Assembly: GCA_964016885.1 (NCBI GenBank)
Contig: OZ024744.1
Location: 39,494,001 to 39,558,000, forward strand
Direction of reading: 5' to 3'
DNA: 64,000 nt
DNA from: Eledone cirrhosa
Taxonomy: Eukaryota
Positions 13,091 to 24,937 of the stretch are shown piece by piece. Within the stretch, counting starts at the first letter, position 1; every line of letters starts with the position of its first letter. The position numbers and the translations under genes are program-made. The notes under the pieces are model-generated. The model had not been told where the DNA came from and did no database searches. It saw only the letters and a list, made by a program, of their open reading frames with translations.

Positions 13091-13261
13091 TGTCAGTTGC
13101 TATTTCTTTGGATTGATGTTTTATGTATCTGAAAGGGGAAAAGGTTGTGCGACGATTGCTTCCTGCACATGGCTATTTAAGCCACCTTACTGCCGTGCAC
13201 AGCGCTAACATGATCAGTGTTAGACCTGTATACGCAATATCTATCTATCTATCTATCTATC

Positions 13262-14640
13262 AAACAAGTATGTCGGTTTGCAACTCGGCACATGGAGAGG
13301 CAAACCGATGCCTTCCGACAGTGTCGTTGGACGCTGGACGGAAGGACCGGTCAAATTGCTCGGGGTCTGGTTTGGTCCAGACCTCCAGGTGGACAAGAAC
13401 TGGAACAAGGTCACGGCGAAGGTGTTTGCACTCACCCAGAAGTGGGCTGAGTGCAAACTCTCCTTGAAAGGTCGAGCTGAGGTGGCGAACACTTTTATAG
13501 CGTCCGTCATCTACTACCGCTTGACAGTCGTGCCTTGTCCCCGCTAATATCTCACCAAAATGGAACACCTACTCTTCAAGTTCCTCTGGACGAAACAGGC
13601 TCCATTGGTGAGGAGATCCATCTGCTCTCAACACCCTTCTAACGGAGGGCTGGGTATGCCGTGGCTGATGATGCGCAAACACGCGCTGAGGCTACGCCAT
13701 CTCCAGGTATTCCTGACCGGTGAACCGGTGTGGCTGTCGTTTGTGAGACAAGCTCTTCCACAACTCGTCTCACTAACAGAGCTGCAGTCCTGAGTCAAGC
13801 GAAGACCGAAAATGGGTGCCTACCACCTCGAGTGCCTACAGGCGCTCACAGCCCTCTACCAAGCGGAAACGGCAATCAGCGGAGACTCCACTTCGACATT
13901 CTATAGGGATTAGTGGAGGATAAGTGCGACGACGTTCTCGGGGAAACTCTAGGCATCGAGGAGGACGAACTGACCAGTCTGTTCGGGAGGACTTTCCGTC
14001 CAGGTCCTATGGATAACTTCCAAAGGTCTCTGGCCTGGCAGTGTTACCGAGAAGCTCTACCAGTTCGAGACAAAATCCACAGGAACGGACGCCCTGGAAG
14101 AGATCCTGCTAAAAGGACCTGTCCAAGATGCAAGCAGGACATCAAAACCGTTCTGCACTCAATTGTTCAGTGCCCAGGGGTGACCGACTTGTGGAATTGT
14201 GTCGAACAGCTACTGTCACGTGTGGGACGCATCCAGATGTCAGCCGAGTCCATCGTGAGGATCAACCTGCCGCCTTCATTTAAGAATGAATGAGAGGCGG
14301 TTTTCCTCTGTCTGGTGGCTATGGCGAAAGAGGTAATATGGTGGACGAGGTTAAAAGGACTGAGGGCAAACACCTTTCTCTCTGGACAACAACTTATCCC
14401 CTTCTTTAAGTATCACTTCAGAAGGACGGTGAGAGTGGAGAGAGAGGTGCTACACCCCATAAATTCGCTGAAAGGTGGGTGAATGTGGCGAAAATGGCCT
14501 GAGTGAATAGGCCTTCTCTGTATATAAACCTGTAGGTTGAGGAAGATAACAGAGGGAAGACAGGAACACCTACAAAACGTGTTCCTGCTGTTGAGGGTTG
14601 TTCTATCCACGGGGTGTAAAACAACCCAGCAGTAACGTTC
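13262..14640 (+). mobile_element. L1/Tx1-clade LINE 3' part
   Basis: VKLLGVWF, LSLKGRAEVANTF, LFKFLW, GGLGMP and CCHC knuckle CPRC...HSIVQC; begins right after (TATC)n. Confidence 0.85.
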
Positions 14641-14659
14641 CTCACTATTGGGGATTTCA

Positions 14660-15645
14660 ATTGTTATTTTATTATATACAATATTGCTAATAGAAAGACA
14701 CACACGCACCATATAATTTCACTTTATCTTTATTGTTTGTTATTCATTTGTTTATCAAAGTTCTTTCGTCACACATTCTGTGACCTCCTCATTTTCTTGG
14801 ATTTAAACTTCTTCTTCATCTTGTTTTTATTTGTTTTGTGGTGTGTTTTGTGTCAGTGCATGCGTTTGCACCTGTATCTCTGTGTGTGTGTTTGTATGTG
14901 TGTTTTATGTGGGGGGAGGGGGGTTGTATCGTTTACTGTTTTGCTGTTTGTGTCTCTATTCTTTCTTCAGTCATTAACTTGTGTGTTGTTACTATTCCAT
15001 TCGTGTTTTCTGTTCAGGCTAGGACTATCTTCTATTATGTGTGTGGCTGCCGTAATTTGTCTGAGTGTTGCATCAGTTCTATTTGTGGATAGGATCTTTA
15101 TTTCTATGTTATCTATTGATCCCTGGTATTCTAGTTTTGTATGTTGGTATAGCACTAATAATCTTTTTTCCTCCTTAAGTTCTCATCACTGTTCCATTAA
15201 TCTCTCTCCCATACTACGGACTGCCTCTCCTATGTATGTTGTTGTCTTGTTTCTACATCGTCCCTCTGTACATTTTATCCTATAGACTACAGTTTTCTTA
15301 TTTTACAGTTTATCTGTAGACTTATGTTATAGATTATACAGTTTCTATCAGTACAGGGCGTTTTCCTAAAAGGGTATGTCCTACTGATCCGGGATTTTAT
15401 GGTAGCTCCTGGTTTTTCTACTACTTTAATGCTATGGTTCATATTTTCTAAAGCTCTTCTAAAACATTATGCTAGTTCGCCTCTAACATCGACAAACATG
15501 ACACTCTGGTATTTTTACCTGTCATACCATGAGTTGGCCTACTTTATCTTTTTCTTAGTCCTTTCTATTGGCAATATTGGCAACATGACCATCGCCAAAT
15601 ATAACAATATCGGTTTCAATACACGATTTCACATCAAGAATCTTA
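14660..15645 (-). mobile_element. Penelope-like element, 5'-truncated with inverted pLTR piece
   Basis: Minus strand YIGEAVRSMGERL (GIY-YIG); homologous to 17700-18600; broken hammerhead at 14761-14787; inverted pLTR end at 15575-15645. Confidence 0.8.
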
Positions 15646-15765
15646 CAGTACATACACGCACATACATGCATACATACACGCACATACACGCATACATACA
15701 TACATACATACATACATACATACATACATACATACATACATACATACATACATACATACATACAT

Positions 15766-16217
15766 AAAATAAAAACTGCCACCAAATTAAAGCACAACCG
15801 GCCTGATATTGTTGTTTGGGACCACACATTGAAAACGTGTTCTGTTGTGGAGATCAGCTGCCCACTTGATGTCAACGTTGTCAGAAAAATACAGGAGAAG
15901 GAGGACATCTACGGACCATTGATGAGGAGTTTACAAATCCAGTATCCAAGGTACACCTTTAGCTTCATACCCATCATTATTGGTGCTACGGGTTATATAC
16001 CAACCCGCTTGGACCAAAGTATGACTGAACTTGGATTTGCGGACAAAGAGCGCAGCTCCCTCATTCATAGTCTACAAGTGGCTGCGATAGCTGGCACATT
16101 CAAAATTTGCAAAACATTCTTGCTATTCAAGGGATGACAATTTCTTTTCTTTTACAACCTTGCCACCAGGAAGGTGGCCGGTCAAAAAGATATACTCGAA
16201 ATTAAGAGAAAGAGATA
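15766..16217 (+). mobile_element. R4/Dong-type RLE retrotransposon 3' fragment
   Basis: HNRPDIVVWD...VEISCP endonuclease, nearly identical to 51918-52370; (TACA)n on both sides. Confidence 0.9.
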
Positions 16218-16287
<70 letters not shown>

Positions 16288-16288
16288 G

Positions 16289-16387
16289 ATTAAAGTTTAA
16301 GCAAAGAATCGCTGCTTTCACCCTTAACGGGATCTTCAGAAGATCCCGTTAAGGATGAAAGCAGCGATTCTTTGCTTAAACTTTAAT
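16289..16387. repeat. 49-bp-arm hairpin of the 8664-8714 hammerhead-like family
   Basis: Inverted arms centred on 16338, within the CAGAAGA core. Confidence 0.85.
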
Positions 16388-16508
16388 GTTATTTTAATAA
16401 ATATTTGCTCTACGGTTCTTATATATCTAATATATATTTATCCTTATCGAGCCCTCTTTGGATTTTAGTCTTCACATTTATTATTATTACTATATATATA
16501 TATATATA

Positions 16509-17110
16509 AGTATGTATGTATACGTACATGCATATATGTATACAGACGTACAGTAGTATGTATATATATACATACATGTACACATATATATACGTATCGG
16601 TTTACCGAACATTTATTAATATTCGGTTTGTTTGTTTGTAAACAAACAAACAGCCCGAATTACGCCGTAAAGTGTTCAAGCAACCAACGTCGCCTTTTTG
16701 TTCAACACTGACACAGGAACGATGTACTAGTTTCAAGCTTATTAGCTATCGTCAGCATCGTATACCTTTCTGCCAGATGATTGAACGTCTGAAAGTATAT
16801 ACTTTCCTTATGCATATTAACGGCTGAGCCCCCCCCCCCCCCAAAGGGGGGGGGGGGGGCGACGATGGTTGCTTGAACACTGTACGGCGTAATTCGGGCT
16901 GCTTGTTTGTTTAAACAAACAAACCGAACATTATAATAAATGTTCGGTAAACCGATACGTACATATATATATGTGTGCATGTGTGTATATATATACATAC
17001 TACTGTACGTCTGTATACATATATGCATGTACGTATAGATACATACTTACATTTAAGTAAGTGCCGTACTAAGAGTGAGAAATGAAATTTCGTTTCATTC
17101 TTTTCCATTT
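16509..17110. mobile_element. Fold-back hammerhead element (same family as 62397-63107 and 31095-31285)
   Basis: 16509-16694 inverted at 16858-17048; spacer holds hammerhead, palindromic TATA and a poly-C/AAA/poly-G hairpin; shared right tail gccgtactaagagtgagaaatgaaatttcg. Confidence 0.8.
16719..16761 (-). ncRNA. Minimal type-I hammerhead ribozyme
   Basis: acgatg CTGACGA t agct aata agct t GAAA ctag TA catcgt; palindromic ACTAGT stem III, GUA site. Confidence 0.75.
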
Positions 17111-17201
17111 ATATATATATATGTGTGTATATATATAGTTAGCTTGAAACTAAATTCCAATTCAATTCTATTATAAGTTGAACCAACTTATACAGCTTCA
17201 T

Positions 17202-17250
17202 ATGCAAATGTGATTAATCCCTCATTTACACAGACGAGAAAACTATATAT
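17202..17250 (+). promoter_or_regulatory. Candidate compact snRNA-type promoter (octamer plus TATA)
   Basis: Octamer-to-TATA spacing 42, 42 and 40 nt in three otherwise diverged copies. Confidence 0.45.
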
Positions 17251-17290
17251 CTCACCTGTTTTCAAGGCCAACAGTTGCAAGACGGAAGGG

Positions 17291-17334
17291 ATCGTCTTGA
17301 TGAGAACCAGTTCAGTTCGAAATGCATCGACGAT
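17291..17334 (+). ncRNA. Minimal type-I hammerhead ribozyme (U3 variant)
   Basis: atcgtc TTGATGA gaac cagttca gttc GAAA tgca TC gacgat; 6-bp stem I, 4-bp stem II, palindromic ATGCAT stem III, AUC site. Confidence 0.75.
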
Positions 17335-17448
17335 TGTCCACCTTGCTTCTGCTGCCATGGTGATAGCTGCCGGTGTCTTTGCATAGCAAGGCTTTGTAAA
17401 TGTTTATTTATAAACATACCGTATTTCTTTCGAAATCGAAATTCCAAT

Positions 17449-17513
<65 letters not shown>

Positions 17514-17518
<5 letters not shown>

Positions 17519-18736
17519 ATACTTTGGGAGGGTCATGTTGCCAATAAGAAACACACGCACCAGTTGCTTTCCCTCCAATTCATTATAAATTAAATTTATA
17601 ATTTTAAGAAATTTGTAAATTTCCGGTATATAATATATACTCTGGCTCCTCTATATACTCCTCTATAAACTGTAGAGGAGCCAGAACCAAATGGGAAAAA
17701 ATGGTAAATAATGATACAAATGGGACCTGTCCCCTGTATAGGAGATCATTTTGGAATAGAATAGAAAGAACTAGGAATAAGGTTAATAGAATAAACTCAT
17801 GGTATGATAACAATAAATACCAGAGTGTAATGTTCATCGATACAACCCCTAGACGTGAACTAGCTTACAAATTTAGAAGGGCCCTAGATAAACTTGATAT
17901 TAAGATAGTAAAAAAACCAGGTACCTCCATAAAAACACTTATTAGTAATACATACCCTTTTCAAAGACCTCCCTGTGTAGATAAGAAATGCATAATCTGT
18001 AAACTAAGCCCCCATATTAACTGTAAAACTAGAAACATAGTATATAGCATAAGATGTACTGAGGGACAGTGTAAAAATAAGAATATAGTGAACATAGGTG
18101 AGACAGCTTGTAGTACAGGAGAACGGTTAAATGAACACTGATGAGAGCTTCAAGATAGAAAAGAATCATCAGTACTCCACCAACATGCTAAAATAGAACA
18201 TAAGCGCAAATTAGAGAACATAGAATTATAAAATAAAATCTACACACAGAAAAGTTGCAATGTTTAGACAAATCACAGAGGCAATAAACATAAATGAACT
18301 CCAACCAAAATTAAATAGAAAACATGAATGGAATAGCAACATCACAACTTACAATTAAGGACAAAATGAAAACACACACACATAGAACAAATAACCAACT
18401 AGTAACATGTAAATAAACAAATAAATAAACAAATAAAAACACACACAGACACCCGGATGTAACACATGCGCAAACTAAGCACACAACACACACACAAACA
18501 AGATGGCGTAGCAGAAGAACAAAGGAGAGGCACAAAACAAAGAAAAGAATCCCCAGTCACTGAAGAGGTCACAGAATGTGTGACGAAAGAACTTTCACAA
18601 TATATGAACAACCGTCTGGTTGTGGAACCAACCAGAAATCTATAAATTAAAAAAAAATTTGTTAATTTATAATAAATCGGAGTGAAAGCAAATGGTGCGT
18701 GTGTTTCTTATTGACAACATGACCCTCCAAAAGTAT

Positions 18737-18741
<5 letters not shown>
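17514..18741 (+). mobile_element. Penelope-like element (GIY-YIG part plus pLTR, inverted 5' pLTR piece)
   Basis: ORF 17701-18141 CKTRNIVYSIRC...IGETACSTGERLNEH; hammerhead remnant 18555-18594; termini ttgttatactttgggaggg and its inverse; (TA)n on both sides. Confidence 0.9.
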
Positions 18742-18829
<88 letters not shown>

Positions 18830-19145
18830 GAGAGGTATAGAGATTGTTTTAGCAAGAAGCTAACGGCATTCTATAACATATATGCAACTATATATATATA
18901 TATATATATATAAATATATATATATATAAAATACGTAGTTAAGAAAGCCACAACAATGCAGAGGGAAATCTCGAGGTAGGAAGTGAATGATAGATAGGAG
19001 AAACAGGAGAAAGTGAAAATTGAGAGAGACAAAGATGAAAACAAAACAAAGGTAGAAGGGTTACCGTAGTGGAGATTTAATCCCAATATTTCGGGCTCAC
19101 GCCCATCAACGGGGGAAAGTTCCAAAAGGGGGGGAACGGGCCAAG

Positions 19146-19188
19146 CGGAGAAAGTTGTGATGTCGTTAAGACATCACAACTTTCTCCG
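19146..19188. repeat. Perfect 19-bp-arm hairpin
   Basis: cggagaaagttgtgatgtc gttaa gacatcacaactttctccg. Confidence 0.85.
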
Positions 19189-19199
19189 TAAGTTATCAG

Positions 19200-19890
19200 T
19201 TATTTCCCTTTGTTCTGTTTACATTGAGCGTCTTACGTAAAAAATTACGCTGGCTTTCTCAGCGTTTAAAATGACATTAACACAATACACGAACAGTTAT
19301 TATAAGCCAGCAAAATATTGACCTGCAAAATTCATCAGTTCGAACACTAAGTTCCGTTTTGCTTCATTTCCATTTAAAAGCATTTTAAAACAATATTTTT
19401 ACTTGAAAACAAGTCTATTTAAAGACTACGTAAAACAAGCAAATATTTCGTCGTTAGGCGTGCAGACAGACAGTCGTGCAGAGAGGTGATATAGGCGTGC
19501 AGACAGACAGTCGTGCAGAGAGGTGATATAGGCGTGCAGACAGACAGTCGTGCAGAGAGGTGATATAGGCGTACAGACAGACATAACTGATAATTTGGTT
19601 ACGCTAATGTTTTTCTCTGCGTTGCAGTGTTTACATTTTCGATCTTTGTTAATAAATAACCAGTGCAGTTTCTATCCCCAGCATCCTCTTTTGTTATAAC
19701 ATTCGGGTTATCATTATGTTTTCTTAACTTCATAAGGCATATTGTTGGTTGAGGGAATATTAATCAAAAACACCACATGCAAGTCTGCACAGTAGACACT
19801 ACAGTTTTTAAGCCAAAAAAGAAACTTAACATTGTAACTTTAACACAGCTACTGAGCGACCCCGAGCAACGCCGGGCTTTACTGCTAGTA
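19200..19890 (-). mobile_element. Helitron-like element with internal 37-bp tandem repeat
   Basis: End matches the inverse of 8333-8362; aggcgtgcagacagacagtcgtgcagagaggtgatat about 3.5 times at 19456-19582; left boundary uncertain. Confidence 0.45.
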
Positions 19891-19934
19891 TGTTTATATT
19901 AGTGTTTATCATATATTAATTTATATTAACTTGT

Positions 19935-19965
<31 letters not shown>

Positions 19966-19981
19966 TACATATTCATGTATG

Positions 19982-20475
19982 CATATAAGTCAGAAATAGC
20001 TGTCGGTAGTTTCCCCTTGGTTCAACTAAAACTCGCTAGGTGGCACCAGCTTTTAAAATCCTTAGCTAAAGGCTTTTAAAAGGTTATTCGTAAACATATA
20101 TATTATTCTATATACAAAACTTACATACTTATATACATACAACTATGCTAGAGCAACACTTAATTCTATTTCTTGTTCAGGGTGAGAGAGCCTACAGTTC
20201 CATATGCAAATGAGGCTAATCAGTCCTGTACATAAGTGTTAAAATTATATGTTTGTGCCTAAATTGAGTTTCAGCAGAAAGCGAGGTAGAGGGGTGGATT
20301 ACCTTAATGATGATCATATAAGTCAGAATCAGCTGTCAGTAATTTTCCCTTGCTTCTGCTGGAACTCGCTAGGTGACACCCTGCCACCAGCTTTTAAAAT
20401 CCATAGCTAAAGGCTTTCAAATGTTTATTTTTAAACATATCGTATACATATTATTCTATAGTCAAAACTTACATA
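19982..20475 (+). mobile_element. Retrozyme-like unit, copy B, partial tandem with 333-bp period
   Basis: 19982-20127 repeats at 20315-20475; octamer 20204-20211, TATA-like from 20246; decayed hammerhead attacc TTAATGA tgat catataa gtca GAAT cagctg TC agtaat; upstream half copy gtca GAAA tagctg TC ggtag. Confidence 0.65.
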
Positions 20476-20789
20476 TATATATATATATATGTATATAAAG
20501 AATAATAAACACCAGAATCAATATGTTGTCAAACTAACACATGTTTCAACCAACAGAGATTCATCCCAAGGATATGAGTCTATAAAATCAGGAATCTTAG
20601 AATTTTCTTAAGAAGGAAGGTTTTTTTTTATGTAAGGTTCCATTATGATTTTATACTTCAATCATCAGAAATAGATTCAAAATCAGTATCATCAGAGTTT
20701 TATTAACATAGAATATTAGCTTTATATATCAGCTCTGCATGAACCGTACTGCATTGAGCTTTAAACCTTCTGGTTAAGTCTATACCAAA

Positions 20790-20892
20790 TAATAGCAATC
20801 ATTCCTGCATCAAATGGAACAAAACCGTCTAACCCATGCTAACATGGAAGATGGACGTTAAACGGTGATGATGATGATGATGATGATGATGA
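20790..20892 (+). mobile_element. RTE 3' tail fragment
   Basis: aacccatgctaacatggaagatggacgttaaacg followed by (GAT)n. Confidence 0.7.
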
Positions 20893-21699
20893 TATATATA
20901 TATATATATCATGATCATCATCATTATTTAAAGTCTGTTTTCCCAAGCATCCTAGCATGTGAGGAGATTGTTATGTCTTTGACACAGCTCAAAACTTCTC
21001 CCAACCCTATGTTTGGCAGGTTTTCTATGGTTGGATACCCATCCTATCATCAACCACTTTACAGAGTGTACTGAGAGCGTTTATCATGTTCATTACCAAC
21101 ACTAGATGGGTTGTAATACCTTTGACACAACTAGAGAGCCCTCTCAACCCTTTTTTGGCATGGGTTCTACAGCAGTTTGCCTTTTCTATTGCCAACCTCA
21201 TTACAGGGTGTATTAGGTGCATTTTTGTTTTTGGCCCCATCACAAGAGAGGTTGTTGGTTATTGACTCACCTGAAGTGCCCCTCTACTCTAGCTGGGGAA
21301 TGCAAGAAGGATGATATATATGATGCCATAAGTGAAATGGGGTGGGATATGACAGGGTGATGAGTAGAAAGAGAGAGTGATGACTTCTGAGAGCATGGGA
21401 GGTACAGTGATGAAAACAGCTACTAAAGGATTATAACTGATGTTTCAGAATTTTAAAGGGATGTGGTTGGTTCTAGATAGAGTGGGAGTTGATCCTGTAT
21501 ATTGCATTGAAGTAAGGGTTTAAGATGGTTAGCAGTGTACAAAGATAGCGAGGGTAGATACTATGGAGTGATAGTGGAGAAGGGGGCATGAATGGGTGTA
21601 GGGTGTACGGTGTATGGTGATGGTGAGAATAGCTTGAAAGGAGTGATAGTTGAAGAGTGGGGTACATGGAGGGGTCACATCAGGTCTGATTTTATGCTG

Positions 21700-23480
21700 G
21701 TAAGCAGATCTTCCCTAATACAGCATGTCGCCAATCCCTTCAGTCCTATGACATCTCTATTGTAAGGTTCAGCTTCTTAAGGTCAGTTTTCACTACTTTC
21801 TCCCAAGTCTTTCTGGGTTTTCTTCTTCCAGCACTACCATCCATTGAGATTTCTTTGTACTTCTCTATACAATTATCATCTTCCATACATATCACATATT
21901 CATTCTTGTGCTGTCTTCTCTTTTGTATATTACATTCAATTCTTGCAATGCCTAGTTTTTCTCTCAGCTTGCTTATGCCACATCGTTCATGTACATATTA
22001 CACATCCATTGCTGCATAGTCTCTTAATTTCTTTTTACCTTTTGCAGATCTTTTACAGTCACGGCACATGTCCCACTGTCATGTAACATTGTAGTTTAGA
22101 GGCATCATACACTTCATACACTCTGAGAGAAAGAAGCCCTTCCTTGTCAGCAGAGGTAATAACTCCCTAAACTTCTTTCATTTTATTCTTATTCTGGCTA
22201 CCACTCTTTCAAAGCATCCTCCCTCGGTGATGGTTAGGTCTCTTAGGTAACAAAAGCTGTCAACAACATCTAAAGAGCCTCCCAGACAACTGAGGCAATC
22301 AATTTCACATGTGCTCAAAATGCTTACTTCTCCTTTGCATCAGCCACATATAGAGTCAATCTTTTCTGTGAACCTGCCTGCAATCCCACAACATCCCTTG
22401 TGCATCCATAGATTACCACCTTATTTGAAGTCTTCCTGGGTCTTTCTACTCCATAGCTTCCATCAACTTTGAGTGCTCTGCACCTTTTTATACAGCTGTC
22501 ATACTTCATACCTATGACATGTCCATACCAACACAATCTCCTCTCCTACACACTGCATGTAATCCCTCTTATGCCTAGTTTCTCTCTTAGTTCATTTATG
22601 CTTTGCCATTGATGTATATTGCTATTACACACTTATCAGAGCATGCAGTCTTCATTTCTTTCCAATCTTTGCAGTCCTCTGCACACAGTGCCCAGGTCTC
22701 TCTACCATGCAACATTGCTGTTTTATATACATGTATCATACAATCTGTCCTTCATTTTGAGGGGAAAACCTCTGGCTACTGTACTTTTGGAACACCATAC
22801 TCCACTGCTAATTTAGTCACCCAAGTAACAGAAACTGTTGACTATTTCTACAGAACCCTGTGGACATTTAAAGGAGTTAGTATCCTTTGGGCTCTTGATA
22901 CTTACTGCACTTGTGCATCGACTGCATATAAAACCTATGTTCTTTGTTAACCTGCCTGTGATTTCACTACATCTTTTGTGTACCCATAGCTTGCATTTGG
23001 GACATAGGATGGAATTTGGGCCCTGTTTTCCTTTCTACATACTAGGACTTTAGTCTTAGACAAGTTAACTTTAACACCTTTTGATTCTAGGCCATGCCTT
23101 GAGGTTTGGAATTTCTTCTCTAGTTCTCCCATAGATTCAGCTATGAGAGTTAGATCCTCTGCATACAGAAGTTTCCATGGGCAGCCAGTCCTAAACTCTT
23201 CTGTTATAGCCTGTAGGACAATGATAAACAGGAGAAGGCTCAGAACAGAGCCCTGATGAACACCTATCTGCATGCTAAATTCGTCACTATAGTCGTCGAT
23301 CAGTGGCTTGTATAGCCTTCACAAGCCACTCATCTACTCCTAGTTTTCGAAGAGACCAGAAGATAATTGAATGGGGAACTCTGTTAAAGCCTTTCTCCAG
23401 GTCAATTAAAGTTAAGTAGAGAGGTAGGTACTTCTCCTGCAGTTGTCTCACAAGGAAGAGAGCATCTATAGTACTTTTAC
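21700..23480 (-). mobile_element. Two adjacent decayed RTE LINE fragments
   Basis: STIDALFLVRQLQEKY, IDLEKGFNRVP, GVHQGSVLS, LLYAEDL, WYGHV; older relative at 21700-22320. Confidence 0.8.
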
Positions 23481-23964
23481 TTGGCGCATACATACATTTT
23501 ATGTTACAAATGAGAAAGATTATTCAATACATGTGGATACTTGGAATCAGCTGGTGGTTTACTCTGTTTCTACACTGAGTTTTTCATTGATGTGTGCACA
23601 CATCTGGAGTGTGAATCATCAGCTGCATCGAAATATGATACATAATATACATGCAGGCATGTTAAGATATTAGTTTCATGAACACATGATCCTGGATTCA
23701 ATATCATGGCATCATGGTGCACAGAGCATGGAATTGCATAGGCATTAGATGTCTAAAGGCCCATCATGAGTGTACATACACACCCAAATACATGTGTACT
23801 CACACACACATATATTATATTCATATATATGTATATAAATATGTAAGATTGTTCTGGATATTGTGTTCATGGAAAGAGATGAAACAGAACTATGGGAATC
23901 ATTCCCCTTCACTGATGAATTAAGGACATCATAGGGTCGTACATATATATACATATATATATAT

Positions 23965-24117
23965 AAGAAAAACATGGGCAGAGGTTGTGAGAGCTAACCT
24001 CAGATCACTGAAGCTCACGGAGGAGATGACAAAGGACCCTGACGAATGGAGAGATGCTGTGCTGAATAGGACCCGTCCCACTATTGCAAGCAGGGAAGAG
24101 CGGACGTGAAATGATGA
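23965..24117 (+). mobile_element. RTE 3' end fragment
   Basis: Translates RKTWAEVVRANLRSLKLTEEMTKDPDEWRDAVL, ends atgatgat. Confidence 0.7.
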
Positions 24118-24189
24118 TATATATATGTATGTATTTACATATGTATACATATGTGTATGTATATATATGTATATATATATATGTATGTA

Positions 24190-24385
24190 TTGGGTCACTC
24201 TTGAGTGCTACTAGTAACATGTAACCCAGTACAACCTGTTGCATGGTCGGGTCGTCGGCGACTAAACCGGCAACCCCACCAAGTTTACTTGGTGAGAAGG
24301 GTTATTTTGGACACCCTGCAGGACAAAAAACAAAACCTGACAAAGGGCGGAAGATCTCATAAGAGTCAACGGCCATCCAAAAGTG
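24190..24385 (+). mobile_element. Fragment of RTE 5'-related non-autonomous element
   Basis: Ends in taagagtcaacggccatccaaaa, overlapping the start of the 25922-26370 element. Confidence 0.4.
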
Positions 24386-24449
24386 TGTAAATATGTATAT
24401 ACACATGTGCATATGTATGTATATGTTTATGTGTATTTACATATACCCA

Positions 24450-24680
24450 CGTTGTCTTCTCTCAAGTAAACAGCATCTGATCCCTCTTATTCCTAATTTC
24501 TCACTTAGTTCATTTATGCTTTGCTGTCCACGTATATTACTATTACACATCCAGCGGAGCATGCAAACTTCGTTCCTCTCCAGTCTGCGCAGATCATCTG
24601 CACACAATACCCATATCTCACTGCTATGTAACATTGCTGTTTGTATGCAGGCATCATACAGTCTGCCTTTCATTTTTAGA
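24450..24680 (-). mobile_element. RTE fragment
   Basis: LKMKGRLYDACIQTAMLH...LGIRGIRCC. Confidence 0.8.
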
Positions 24681-24937
24681 GGAATAGATAGAGATAGGGT
24701 AGCCATCATAGAGAGAGATATAGAGAGGGGGGGTAGGCACTGAGGGTCGCCGTTAGAATACCGCATGGTAAAAATCCGAAATAATACAGCAGAAAAACAG
24801 CAAATATTAATAATAATAATAGCGTCATAAGAGCTTAAGATACCTTCGAAAATTTGTATGGATGGGTGGCTGGAACGAAACCAAATCAACTCTAGTGATA
24901 CATTTTAGCAGATAAGGAGAAAGTGTCTTATCTCTTC

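Larger units (their letters stand above)
17164..17420 (+). mobile_element. Retrozyme-like octamer-TATA-hammerhead unit, copy A
   Basis: ATGCAAAT 17202-17209, tatata from 17244, hammerhead 17291-17334, tail catagcaaggctttgtaaatgtttattt shared with 20402-20430. Confidence 0.7.

Noticed and set aside
17256-17358. Apparent first exon on minus strand (accATGG Kozak, MAAEARWTIVDAF..., AG/GTGAG donor)
   Set aside because: It is the antisense of the hammerhead unit; homologous copies at 6.2 and 20.3 kb keep neither ATG nor donor, and no downstream exon was found
19080-19117. Hammerhead-like gggc gtga gccc GAAA ta TT on minus strand
   Set aside because: Core incomplete (TTGAT then stem); at best a dead relic
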